DNA of 39,265 bases from Octopus bimaculoides (taxonomy: Eukaryota): assembly GCF_001194135.2 (NCBI RefSeq), contig NC_068998.1, positions 23,125,041 to 23,164,305 of the forward strand, written 5' to 3'. Below the pieces are notes generated by a model. It was not told where the DNA came from. It did not search any database and saw only the letters and a list, made by a program, of their open reading frames with translations. Positions 9,481-20,256 of this stretch are shown in pieces. How positions within the stretch are numbered: the stretch's first letter is position 1; every line of letters begins with the position of its first letter. The translations under genes were made by a program, and so were the position numbers.

Positions 9481-11129
9481 TGATTGTCCCAAATATTAAA
9501 CCAGATATAAATATAAACATTACCAGGTAGGTACAGTGATATGAAGGACTCTGAAGATGCAGTTGTTACAAATTTTAACTAATACAACTTTTAATGAAAT
9601 TAACAAGAATATATGGAAATGCTTGAAAATACTATACAAACATTAACACTATCATAGACTTAAAAACAAGTATATCTAACACTAAAAAAAACAAGAAAAG
9701 GAGTAGTTTAACTCTATAGAGGTCAACTGGTTGTGAAATAATCTTCACAGAAATGATTGGTTAAAACAATCGAAATAAACTTAGGTGACCATAATAGAGA
9801 GAGTAAGCTAGATGCTTCAAAAATAAGCACATTGTTATGGCAAGTACCCAAATTTCCTGGTTGAAAGTTTTAATAAAGAGTTACATTAGAAATAGACAAG
9901 TTTAACTAGATGCTTATGAGATGGAGATGAATCCATAGTGGCTCAGTGAAAGAAAATTGATATTAATTTAGGACAAATAAAGTTTACGAATAAAACTACA
10001 AAAGCATAAATTGTCACCTTGCAATCTGCTAAACCTTAAATTCACTAAAATCGCAGTGAATGTACAAAAATGATTTCAAAAGAAGAAATGTAGCCGTTAA
10101 TTTCTATTGATAGAACTTTTTCCGATACAACAAAGGGAATAATTAATTATCAACAAGAATATAATAGGAAGAATGATCAAAGTAAAGAAAATGTGTGCAT
10201 GATGTCGATGAGTTGCCTGAAGTCATATTAGCCACGCGTGAGTCCTGGAAACATATGTTATGAAAATCGGTATTCCGAACACGTAGAAGATAATATATAC
10301 GCATGATAACGAAATAATGTTCAAATTTGTACTTGCAAACAAGAAAGAATTATAGAAACGAAACTCACTATAAGAAAAGTCATATCACCAGTAATATCTC
10401 ACTCTCCATTTCGTTTTTGACTGCGTTTGGCGTCTTTAATCGATATGACATCCTGATCAGAATGAAGATGCACGCACTATGCATCAACACAAGTTGCATG
10501 TTGCAAGCAGTAAACAACTAGAAAAATTATCGTAGAATTTTTTCAAAATTATTGAAGAAATCCATGAGTTATGAGTTACAAAAATGTATCGAACACTTTT
10601 TGTAGAAATGAAATTTCAAATATTAATACTTTATACTCTATAAGATTGAAGTTAGAGATTTGTATCAAACCGACACATACAAAATATTTGGGTATAATAA
10701 GCTAGAGTTTGTACAGATGCAGGCACAAATAAAAGAAAAAAGCTAGGTAGAAATTCTATATCAGAATTTGATTATTAGATGAAACTGTAAAATGTAAAGA
10801 AATAAACTTATATATTTCTAAACTGTAGTCGTCTCAGCCTTATTACCCTAGTTTGAATGATAATGAAATAAATGACTACATTCATTATACACAAAACAAA
10901 ACTATAAAATTGACATATAATGAGTCCACGCCGCACAAACACCATGCAATTGTGTCCTTTACTGCAATGGAAAATTTAAAATTATTAAACATATATGCAA
11001 TGAAAATACACAACTATCAATTATGGAAGATATATATCACAAAATGAGCTCCGATAGATAGAGAAATAATAATATGTATTTCCCCGACTTTAATGAGAGC
11101 AATAAAAGCTGAACAGATACCGCAATAAA

Positions 11130-11790
11130 ATATAGGGATGAAGCAACCAAATAAGAATTGGAATCGAAAATATGGTAAACCCAGTGCTCTAGAGAATGCC
11201 ACCATATCACTAATACACAGTGCAGAACACGTTAGAAATATGCAAGCAAAAAGAAAACAATACAGATCGAGAAATGCAGGATTGAATGTAAAGAGCGTAG
11301 GGCTACATATTGAGACACAGAATCAATACTTTTCTTAGTAAAATGGTCAAGTGCATATACTGAGGCAGCGAAGAGTAAATAACTGCAGATTATGTGGAAA
11401 GGAAGAATATAAAAGCAAGCAGATTCTCTCTGGCTATTCAGGTAGAGTCACGAAAGCTACAGCCAGAGGAACAAGACATTTTGGACTCCTATACAGGGGA
11501 TGTTATGCCAGAAGTTTGAAATATCAAGCAAAATGTTAGAAAATAAGCGCTCATTATAAAATATATTTACAAATATGACAAAACCATCACAATAACACAA
11601 GTAGGTCAAGGCTATTTTACCACAATATGCTATCATAGACCATCTACGAAACAAATGACTGCTAATTGACATAAATGCCCAACATGTAGCCAATTATATT
11701 TCCAAAGGACAAGAAAACATTTTTCAAAAAGAAATATGTTGAAATGGTGTTACATCGAATAATGAATTTGAGGCAATACTTTGAATAATA
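11130..11790 (+). mobile_element. R4/Dong-like fragment D, old and decayed
   Basis: LNVKSVGLHIETQNQYF (consensus LKAETEGLIIAAQDQ), NNCRLCGKEEYKSKQILSG, and LLIDI motif. Confidence 0.7.
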
Positions 11791-12577
11791 ATTGCTTTGG
11801 TAGTCGTTACATGATACAAAAAAAATAAATAAATAAAAAGACTGAAAAACGTGAGGCACGCAAATATTCGAAATATGCAGGTAATAGGATTGAAATGTCT
11901 TTATGTGTAAATATATTACACGTAATGTATTTGCTATTACGTGCAATAGTAAATACTTTACACACACTGAAAAGTGGTTTCTAAAAAAACATCCCTAATA
12001 ATTAGTGGTGATGCCAGTTGTTATTCTATCAGAATGGTTTACTGAACCACTAAGGTGCTGGGAAATAGATAGAATCTTCACCGGTTATCAAGCGGTAGGG
12101 AAAAGAATATTCACACACATTTACAATTGTGAATCGTGCGTATATATACATACATATGTATATATANNNNNNNNNNNNNNNNNNNNNNNNNNNNNNNNNN
12201 NNNNNNNNNNNNNNNNNNNNNNNNNNNNNNNNNNNNNNNNNNNNNNNNNNNNNNNNNNNNNNNNNNNNNNNNNNNNNNNNNNNNNNNNNNNNNNNNNNNT
12301 ATATATATATATATGCAAGCACATAGAGATCACAGAAAATGTTTAAAAAACGAGACTGGTGGAGAAACAGAAAGCAGGTGTTATAGTTTTAACCTCGGGC
12401 AAAAAGGAAAAATCTTTGACGTTTCGAGAGGGACAAAACGGGGAGAGAACGAATAGAAACGGAGAGAAAAAAACGTGTAAATATTAGCAGTTCAACATTT
12501 TGAAATGGCCATATGAATGTGCGTGTGTGTGCTTTTGTATGTACTACCGATCTCCGCGCAGGTGCAGATGCCACTTG

Positions 12578-12705
12578 GTTTACCAAATTCAATCACCATA
12601 TATTGGTCGGTTTCGGGTTAAATAGAAGTGACTGGCCCACTGTGCCACGTAGTTGAATTTAACCACAAAATATTAGGTTGCAATGCAAGCTTTCTGACTT
12701 CACAT
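12578..12705 (-). mobile_element. SINE family 1 5' portion, degenerate
   Basis: ttggtcgg...agaagtgactggcccactgtgccacgtagt...gcaagc resembles the reverse complement of 14036-14100 and matches 37360-37430. Confidence 0.6.
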
Positions 12706-12789
12706 TCTCTGCAGCAAAGCAGAATCCTGCAAATTTCCATGATACAAATCGTGCAGCAAAATCATATAAAACAGTAGACAACTGAAAAA

Positions 12790-12915
12790 GATAACAACAA
12801 CAACAATGACGACCATGACGACAACAACAATGATGATGATGATTATGACAGTGGGAGTAGTAGTAATACACAAGGTAGTAGTAGTAATACACAAGGTAGT
12901 AGTACCAATAATAAT
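12790..12915. repeat. Compound (CAA)/(GAT)/(GTA) tract with a 21-bp tandem duplication (12857-12898)
   Basis: gtagtagtaatacacaaggta x2. Confidence 0.9.
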
Positions 12916-13059
12916 AGCAAGTTTGGGATACGAGGTTGAATAGTACTGGATATTAAGCGAAACTGCGTACGGAGCGAAGTTTCGAGATGGCAATAATGAG
13001 GATATCTTTAGCCACTACTACTTTCAGGTCAACCCTGGTAAATGTCGCATTGCGTGTAA

Positions 13060-14105
13060 TGTTTTAAGTTGCATCGACTTCTTTTGTGACTGTTGACGCA
13101 GTCATAAATGAACTCGAGCAAGAACAAACTATTGCAAATTTACAATAAGATGCACCACGCAAAGGAAGACGCAGATTGTTTTTACCTACCCGGAGTTCAA
13201 TGAGGTCGAGGCTTGATCCAGTTTGAAATCTCTTACGAATCACCACAATTGGACAAGCAGATTATCTTGGAACATCCAACGACTGGATGCGAAAGCTCGT
13301 TGAAAACAAGGAACGACATAAGAATCTTCATTCTATTATGAAGGAGAGTAAACAGATTGCGAGTGAGTTTATGCATAATACCCAGGTTGAACAGGATGAG
13401 GAAAGTGCAGCAATTGTAGTTGCAAAGAAGGTGAAATCAATAGCGAAGCAAAATGTGATTGAACAATTGGCTGGTAGCCGGGAAGAAAAGCCTATGCATA
13501 GCAAATATGTGGCTCGTAGAAAACAAGCTGATGTAGACCAGAGGCACACCTGTCAGTGGGGACAGAGCTCAGGGTTAAAGGCAGAGAGTGAAGGATTTAT
13601 ATTGGCTGGCCAATATCAGAGCTTATTGACTGTGTACTATCAAGCCAATGTGATGAAATATAGTGTAGACCCAAAGTACCGATACAGCAACGATGAGATC
13701 GAAACGGTCGCCCACATAATCGATGGATGTAAAGTTTTAGCACCTGTAGAGTACAAATCAAGACATGAAAGACATGGTCAATATCTACATTGGATAATGT
13801 GTTAGCATTATAAAATCAAATCAGCTGACAAATAGTACAACCACCGCACTGAGGAGAAAATCTGATGGTGAAAATGTAACTATTCTTTGGGACTTCCCAG
13901 TATGTACGGGTCGGACCATCAACGCAAATAAACCAGATATTGTTGCGAAAGAAAAAGGCAATAAAGTCTGTTTCTTGATTGATATAAGCATAAACTGCGA
14001 CCGTAATATCTCGGTAAAAGAATTTGATAAGATTGGCACCTGGGGCAAGTGTCTTCTACTATAGCCTCGGGCCGACCAAAGCCTCGTGAGTGGATTTGGT
14101 AGACG

Positions 14106-14148
<43 letters not shown>

Positions 14149-14710
14149 AGTATGTGTATGTGTATGTGTGTGTGTGTGTGTGTGTGTTGTGTACCTGTGT
14201 TTGTCCCCCAACATCGTTTGTCAACTGATGCGGGTGTATTTAGGTCCCGGTAACTTAGCGGTTCTGCAAAAGTGACCGATAGAATAAGTACTAGGCTTAT
14301 AAAAATAAGTCCTGGGGTCGATTTGATTCGACTAAAGGCGGTGCTCCAGCATGGCTGCAGTCAAATGACTGAAACACGTAAAAGAATAACAGAAATGATC
14401 TCTGGATTACCATCCATCCAGGAAGTGCAAAATATTGTCTTAACAGGTAGGTCATACCTGTTGAGAAGAGCATTGTCGCTGTAAATGTTCTTCCTTCTTC
14501 CCCACCCCCTACATTTGTTTACTTTTCTATTTTTCATTTTATTCTTTTTCTTTCTGTCTTCGCCTTTTTTCTCTGTTACATATCTCTGTACATGAACAAT
14601 CAGGTGTTTCTTTTAATGGCCTACCAATGTATACAGTATGTTTCTCTGCCCTATATGATAGGAAGAAACTCGGCAAGAAATTGTAACAGAGTTGAAAGAA
14701 TGTAATGAAA
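13060..14710 (+). mobile_element. R4/Dong-like fragment E (post-RT region, zinc knuckle, REL, 3'UTR) interrupted by a SINE
   Basis: ORF 13287-13805 (QSSGLKAESEGFILAGQYQSLLT...ETVAHIIDGCKVLAPVEYKSRHERHGQYLHW), NVTILWDFP, NKPDIVAKEK..CFLIDIS, SVKEFDK. Resumes after the SINE as EMISGLPSIQEVQNIVLTGRSYLLRRAL*. Confidence 0.93.
14036..14390 (+). mobile_element. SINE family 1, head-less copy with internal (TG)n
   Basis: ggcacctggggcaagtgtcttctactatagcctcgggccgacc...(TG)n...ggcggtgctccagcatggctgcagtcaaatgactgaaac. Homologous to 603-787 and 37360-37452. Confidence 0.92.
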
Positions 14711-14758
<48 letters not shown>

Positions 14759-14900
14759 ATGATGATGATAAGAAGAAGAAGGAGAAGAAGGAGAAGAAGG
14801 AGAAGAAGGAGAAGAAGGAGAAGAAGGAGAAGAAGAAGAGAACAAGGTGAAAAGGGAGAAGAAGGAGAAGAAGGAGGAGGAGAAGAACAACAACAATAGT
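14711..14900. repeat. (GAT)n followed by a (GAGAAGAAG)n 9-mer array
   Basis: Directly visible; explains the low-complexity ORFs here. Confidence 0.95.
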
Positions 14901-14919
14901 AGTGATAATATTTCCGGCT

Positions 14920-15036
14920 CATATTTTTATGATGCATGTGCCTGGTGTGCCCTTATCAGACTGTTAGTCATGGGTATACTGGGTTTTGTATATTCTACAC
15001 AGCGTCACTTTGATGGAATGCACTGCTCTCTCACTC
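14920..15036 (+). mobile_element. Short copy of a (TAA)n-abutting element
   Basis: Matches 15490-15609; ends ctctctcactc then (AAT)n (15037-15117). Confidence 0.85.
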
Positions 15037-15098
<62 letters not shown>

Positions 15099-15140
15099 TA
15101 ATACATAATAATAATAATGTACAAAAGATGGGCTACAAAT

Positions 15141-15609
15141 ATAAAAGATGGACTACAGCAAATATTCTGCTTAACACCACAGAATTTGCTTGTCAGTTGT
15201 TTGACCGTAACCAGTTGAGCATGTCCCTTGGTGGCTGACGATATGTGCATCTCTGGTCATGAGCAGAAGTAGTGGGGGAAGCATCATAGTCATGTGTTGA
15301 GAGGAATTCTTTGGTGTTTGAATAATTCACCTTTGGAAATATGGGTGTTTTGCTCAACATCCTTAAACAACCCTTATTCACGGACCTTTTGAGCGGGATG
15401 AGCCACTCGACCTGAAGAAAATTCTAACTGGGCCCCACCTGCGAGGTCATGCGCTGTTTATCTTGATACGAGATCACCATGTCGCGCAGATATGGTTGTG
15501 ATGCATGTGCCTGGTGTACCCTCATCAGACGGGTAGTCATGATGGGTATAATGGGCTTCGTATATTTTACCCCAGTGTCACGTTGATGGCATGCACTGTT
15601 CTCTCACTC
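15141..15609 (+). mobile_element. Longer copy of the (TAA)n-abutting element; non-coding, orientation inferred
   Basis: Flanked by AAT repeats on both sides, shares its terminal ~120 bp with 14920-15036, and has no ORF. Confidence 0.8.
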
Positions 15610-16864
15610 AATAATAATAATAATAATAATAATAATGATGATGATGATGATAATGATAATAATAATAATAAGGATCATTAGGATAACAATGTTTGTAGTA
15701 GGAGGAGTAGTAGTAGTAGTAGGTTAAATATCGTTTTATATCACTGGAAATGACATTACGCGAGATACAGTCTATGGTATACATGTTCTAGTTTGCTATA
15801 TGACTATCTTCGACGTGCATAAGAGAAAAAAAAAAATAGCCAATGTAATTATGCTGGTGATAATGATAACAAAAATGTGTGGCAGAAACGAGTTCAAAAA
15901 ACATCTATAGTAAAGACGATAATAATATAAACACATATATACAGGCGCACACATATATTCACATGGTAAAATACTAGTGTTTCGTTTCTCTTTTTATAAT
16001 AAAAGTTTTTCAACGCTATGGTTAATGTCTGAGAATGAAGATGAGCTAAATTGCTTTGACGATTTATCTCTGAAGAATATTGAACATTTAATTACTTTGT
16101 TTGTTGGTCCCCAACATCATTTATCTTCTTTACACAATTTCCTTCTCCACAGTGACACACATGTTACGCTATCACACATTTGTTTTCGTGGAGATAATAC
16201 TAGTGTGTGTTTATTCTTATTTTTTTTTGTTTCTATTGGGCTATTTTATTTATTTATTTGAAGATATAACACAATAAACGATAAAGCGCTCACTGTTAAA
16301 CAATAGCATTGTTTAGTAACGCTAGAAACCTTTTTAATTGCATCAAAATTAAATCTATCGCAGATGATTGGATGGACTGACCTTTCACACACGTACGGAG
16401 GCTTCACGACTGGGGTGTAATGAACGTATGGAAAATACTTTTTTTTTGTTTTTTTATAGCTTATAATTCATTGAACTTCTTGAAAAAAAAAACAATATAC
16501 CTGAATTGCATTATAATCACTTCCATTCATTTATTCATTCAATAACTACCCTCGAGAAAAACAGTGAGTCGTCTGCATCGTTTATCGTTTTCACTTTTAG
16601 TTTGATAGCGATATGCAAGCGAACATTATCATGTGGGAACTTTGTATTTTATTTTCTATAATGTTAAGTTACTGTTAGGTTAATCAACGCGTGTGATATT
16701 CAAATATAAATTGGTCGAATGTATACGTTTAGCAAATACAATATCACTGAAGCTCTATCTTATTTAAACTATTTCTTTATATACGCGAAACAATTCTCGG
16801 TATGTATCGATCTTATTTTGATCTCAACAACATTGTGGTTGCTAACTCAAACTTACCGAATTAT

Positions 16865-17056
16865 TCTTTTCTACTGTAGTTACAAGGCCCCAAATTTGGG
16901 GGAAGGGGGCCAGTCGATTTGATCGACCCCAGTACGGAACTGGCACTTAATTTATCAACCTTAAAAGGACGAAAGGCAAAGTCGACCTCGGTGGAATTTG
17001 AAATACCGCTAAGCATTTCGCCGGCCGTGCCAAATTTCTACCAACTCGCCGCCTTA
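16865..17056 (-). mobile_element. SINE family 2 copy A (internal deletion)
   Basis: Same core as 9266-9480; lacks about 25 bp between gaatttgaa and ataccgct. Confidence 0.9.
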
Positions 17057-17071
17057 ACCTTACTGAAATAT

Positions 17072-17286
17072 ACTTTTCTACTCTGGGCACAAGACCCGAA
17101 ACTTTGGGGAGAGGGCCAGTCGATTAGATCGACTCCAGCACGTAACTGGTACTTAATTTAATCAACCGCGAAAGGATGAAAGCAAAGACGACCTCGGCAG
17201 AATTTGAAGTCAGTACGTAAAGACAGACGAAATACCGCTAAGCATTTCGCCCGGCATGCTAATGTTACTGCCAGCTCGACGCCTTG
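17072..17286 (-). mobile_element. SINE family 2 copy B
   Basis: Full-length homolog of 9266-9480. Confidence 0.9.
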
Positions 17287-17534
17287 ACCTTACCGAAATA
17301 TTGAAAGATATATCAGAGAGTAAACGTTCAAGACTGGGCATTGGAATGTATTGAGAAAAGGGAGTGAGGCTATAATAAACAATATGTATCCCATTTGAAT
17401 GAAAAATAAAAACATACATTTTGGCCCCCCCACCCAAAAAAAATCAAAGCAATAATATTGAAACATTAAACATTTTCAGCAAACTTTTTGCTTTATCTTA
17501 TTAATATTCGTGTAAAAGTTTTACACAACGCCAG

Positions 17535-17695
17535 AGTTTTCAGAGGAGGAGGTAAATCGATTACATTGGCCTCAGGTCTCAGCTGGAACTTATCTTATCG
17601 ATTCTGAACTGCTAAATTGCACTGTCAACTTCAGACAATATGCTCCTGAGAATGTTTTTTTTCCGACTTGCTAACTATTCTGCCAGGTCGCGACG
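17535..17695 (-). mobile_element. SINE family 2 copy C, very degenerate
   Basis: gaggtaaatcgattacattggcctcagg...ctggaacttatcttatcg...gctaactattctgccaggtcgc. Confidence 0.55.
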
Positions 17696-17724
17696 TTATC
17701 TTTGTCTCCTTAATACAGGTTGCA

Positions 17725-17900
17725 GATTTTGACGCAAGAGCAGTAATTTCGTGGGTTGGGTCTGGTTGATGATATTGACCCCAGTGATCAACTGGTACTT
17801 ATTTTACCGAATCCGAAATGATGAAAGGCAAAGTCGACCTCTATGAAATTTGATCTCAGAACTTAAGTACTGAATAAAGGCCGCAATGCATTTTGTCCTC
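17725..17900 (-). mobile_element. SINE family 2 copy D
   Basis: gaccccagtgatcaactggtacttatttt...gatgaaaggcaaagtcgacctc...tttgatctcagaac. Confidence 0.85.
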
Positions 17901-17984
17901 CTCACATCATAGCTTTATCTCCTGAATATTGACATAAACTGCGCGAAGTTATGGAGAGCTCATGGCTAGTTTACTAAACACCCC

Positions 17985-18080
17985 CCACACACACGTGGAC
18001 ATATATATACTTACATGCATATGTACATACATAAACACATGCATATACACACACACATACATACATACATACATACACAC

Positions 18081-18114
<34 letters not shown>

Positions 18115-18140
18115 ATGTGTGTGTGTGTGTGTGTGTGTGA
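17985..18140. repeat. (CA)/(CATA)/(TA)/(TG) compound microsatellite
   Basis: Directly visible. Confidence 0.95.
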
Positions 18141-18407
18141 GTTAGAGGTTGAGAAACCAACTTAGGAATAGTACCTAACCAATATACTGCCGGCATTTTA
18201 CCCATGATTTATACGTCAAGTAAGAAAACACAGAAAATCGACAGACATCAGCGGCTAAGCATTCAATTATGTTTATTCACTTCTAACGGATGAATACACC
18301 CACATGCATGAGTTATATGAATTAACGAGTGGGAAAAGTTGGTAACTGCATAGACAAGGGTGTGAAGTATATAGTATATAATGCAAGTATATAGAAACAA
18401 ATGCGCA

Positions 18408-18454
18408 AAAAATATAAATGGGTGTGCAGATACTGCACACCCATTTATATTTTT
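18408..18454. repeat. Perfect 22-bp inverted repeat with 3-nt spacer
   Basis: aaaaatataaatgggtgtgcag-ata-ctgcacacccatttatattttt. Confidence 0.95.
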
Positions 18455-20139
18455 GCTCATGCAATTACCAGCTGAGATGTGTCGATATTATATCCTATCT
18501 TCTCCGTTTTTTTTACTTGCCGTATATATATATATTGTTACAATATAGTCACAATTCGGCAGAAATGAACTATTTAAATACACTACAATTACTGAAAATG
18601 TAGTGTATTAAGTGTCTGGCACTCAATAGATAAATAAAAAATTAGATAAAAAATATTGTAACTTCCCAAAATAAAAAAGTAAAATAATAAAAGTATTGTT
18701 TTCTATAGAATCCCTTACTAAAACTATGCCAATGGCTGCTATGTCACTGGATGGAGAACTCTTATAGAAAAACTTGCAGTATTTTGACCACAGTTTGTAT
18801 GAAGCATTTGCCCAAACTTACTGATATGCTATCAAAATATCCGAAAAGTGTGGCAGGTCTTACTCGAGCATTCAGCGATGAATACAAATAATCTGTGTAC
18901 GTGTCTAAGTGTTTTAATAGAGACTGATCATTTTTCATTCATCGGAATCGACGGAAGACTTTACAAAAATACACACGAACAAACATGTGCGCGCGCGTAT
19001 GACTTTTTCGCAAATACAGACTGAAAATTCCCCGTGCAGACAATATGCTATGCATAATTTGTGAGATTCTTCCATACAGTAACTAAAATTATAAGCCACA
19101 TACCTCGTCAATGCTCGAGTCATATGATATGAAACATTTTCATATTTACTATTCCTTCATAACATTTTAAACATTATACTCAGGAAAGGTATCCAATGCA
19201 ATATCACTTAACTTTCACTCTTCATATTAGAAAATTATATATTATTCATGTCAGACTTCTTTTATGTTCTCATATTTACTAGTCGCTTCATTGTAATAGT
19301 TCTATAAAACATTGCATATTCAGTGTTTTCTTTAGTCTAGCACTGCTATGATATCTAGAGTATCAATAGTATAATTTGTCAATGTATTTGAATTTATGAA
19401 CTTACGCACATTACGGAATATTATCTAATGAATACATTTTGTAGTGTTTGGAAAGATACCGCAGTTCCTCAGCAAAACATATCGGAAACTTAACATGGAA
19501 TTAGACATTTGCTTTCTTTTTTTCCTTTATTGATATTAATGCCAAATATATTCAACAAGCATCCATTATTATGATCTCTCTTCAACAGAATTTCAATGCA
19601 AATTGCTCTGCAAACACAAACTTTCCGAATAGCTTTAAAAACAGTTGTTCACGTGTTATCAAGTCACAAATTTACACTGAATTATAGTAATTCTACCCGA
19701 CGACTGTCCGTGAAAATACCATTGTTTTTTTAATGCTCAATGTCCTGCATTATCGTTTATGACCGGACAACAGTAATATTCATACATAAAATATTCTTTA
19801 TTTCATTCAACAACCATATATAGCAATGCGATACATACCAAACATGTATAGCTTTCTTTTCAATGAACTAGCGACAATAACCGATGTAACATATAGAATA
19901 TCCTAAGCTGAGTATATGATATTTCTAGTTGATTCTTACACTAATGAAAAGGTAATATATAAATGTAAAATGTGATAAAGAAAAACAAAAGTAGATATGT
20001 GAAAAGACGTTATAGATTCTATGACCAATTATTAGACTGCGCTGTGATGAGAATATATATTTGATTATTTCATTATAGGACCTTCAATAGCAAACCTTAC
20101 AGATGGGCTGCTAAATTAAAATTCATATGTTGCTTTCAG

Positions 20140-20256
20140 GGGAAGGTAAAACTTGAGAAACTGCAACTGCCTCTGTTGTTCGACTACCGTGATGCTTGTT
20201 TAATAATCAGAGATCATGACTGTGATAAAATAATGAAAGTAATATTTACTAAGCAA
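20140..20256 (+). CDS. Candidate exon (117 nt, phase 0-0), or 6-nt microexon 20140-20145
   Basis: tgttgctttcag acceptor; donors AAG|gtaaaa (20146) and CAA|gtgagc (20257); open frame GKVKLEKLQLPLLFDYRDACLIIRDHDCDKIMKVIFTKQ. No recognised homology. Confidence 0.15.

Noticed and set aside
10190-10265. DVDELPEVILATRESWKHML, resembling an RTE terminus, with a gtgagt donor-like site
   Set aside because: Too short to call as either a TE or an exon.
12857-12898. Direct repeats as CRISPR-like
   Set aside because: Only two adjacent 21-bp units, no spacers, eukaryotic context.
13287-13805. 172-aa ORF as a host gene
   Set aside because: It is the zinc-knuckle region of a decayed R4/Dong ORF, with flanking stops and frameshifts.
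14539-14937. Poly-L/I/M/R/H ORFs, and similar ones at 23337-23588, 24766-26342, 34810-35193 and 38115-38336
   Set aside because: Translations of microsatellites or N-gaps.
15520-15565. Hammerhead core CTGATGA on the minus strand
   Set aside because: No GAAA (GAAG instead), no stem II or III, the motif is buried in a stem, and the other copy has CTGATAA.
18822-18892. Minus-strand exon candidate DYLYSSLNARVRPATLFGYFDSIS with a gtaagt donor
   Set aside because: Weak acceptor and no partner exons or homology.
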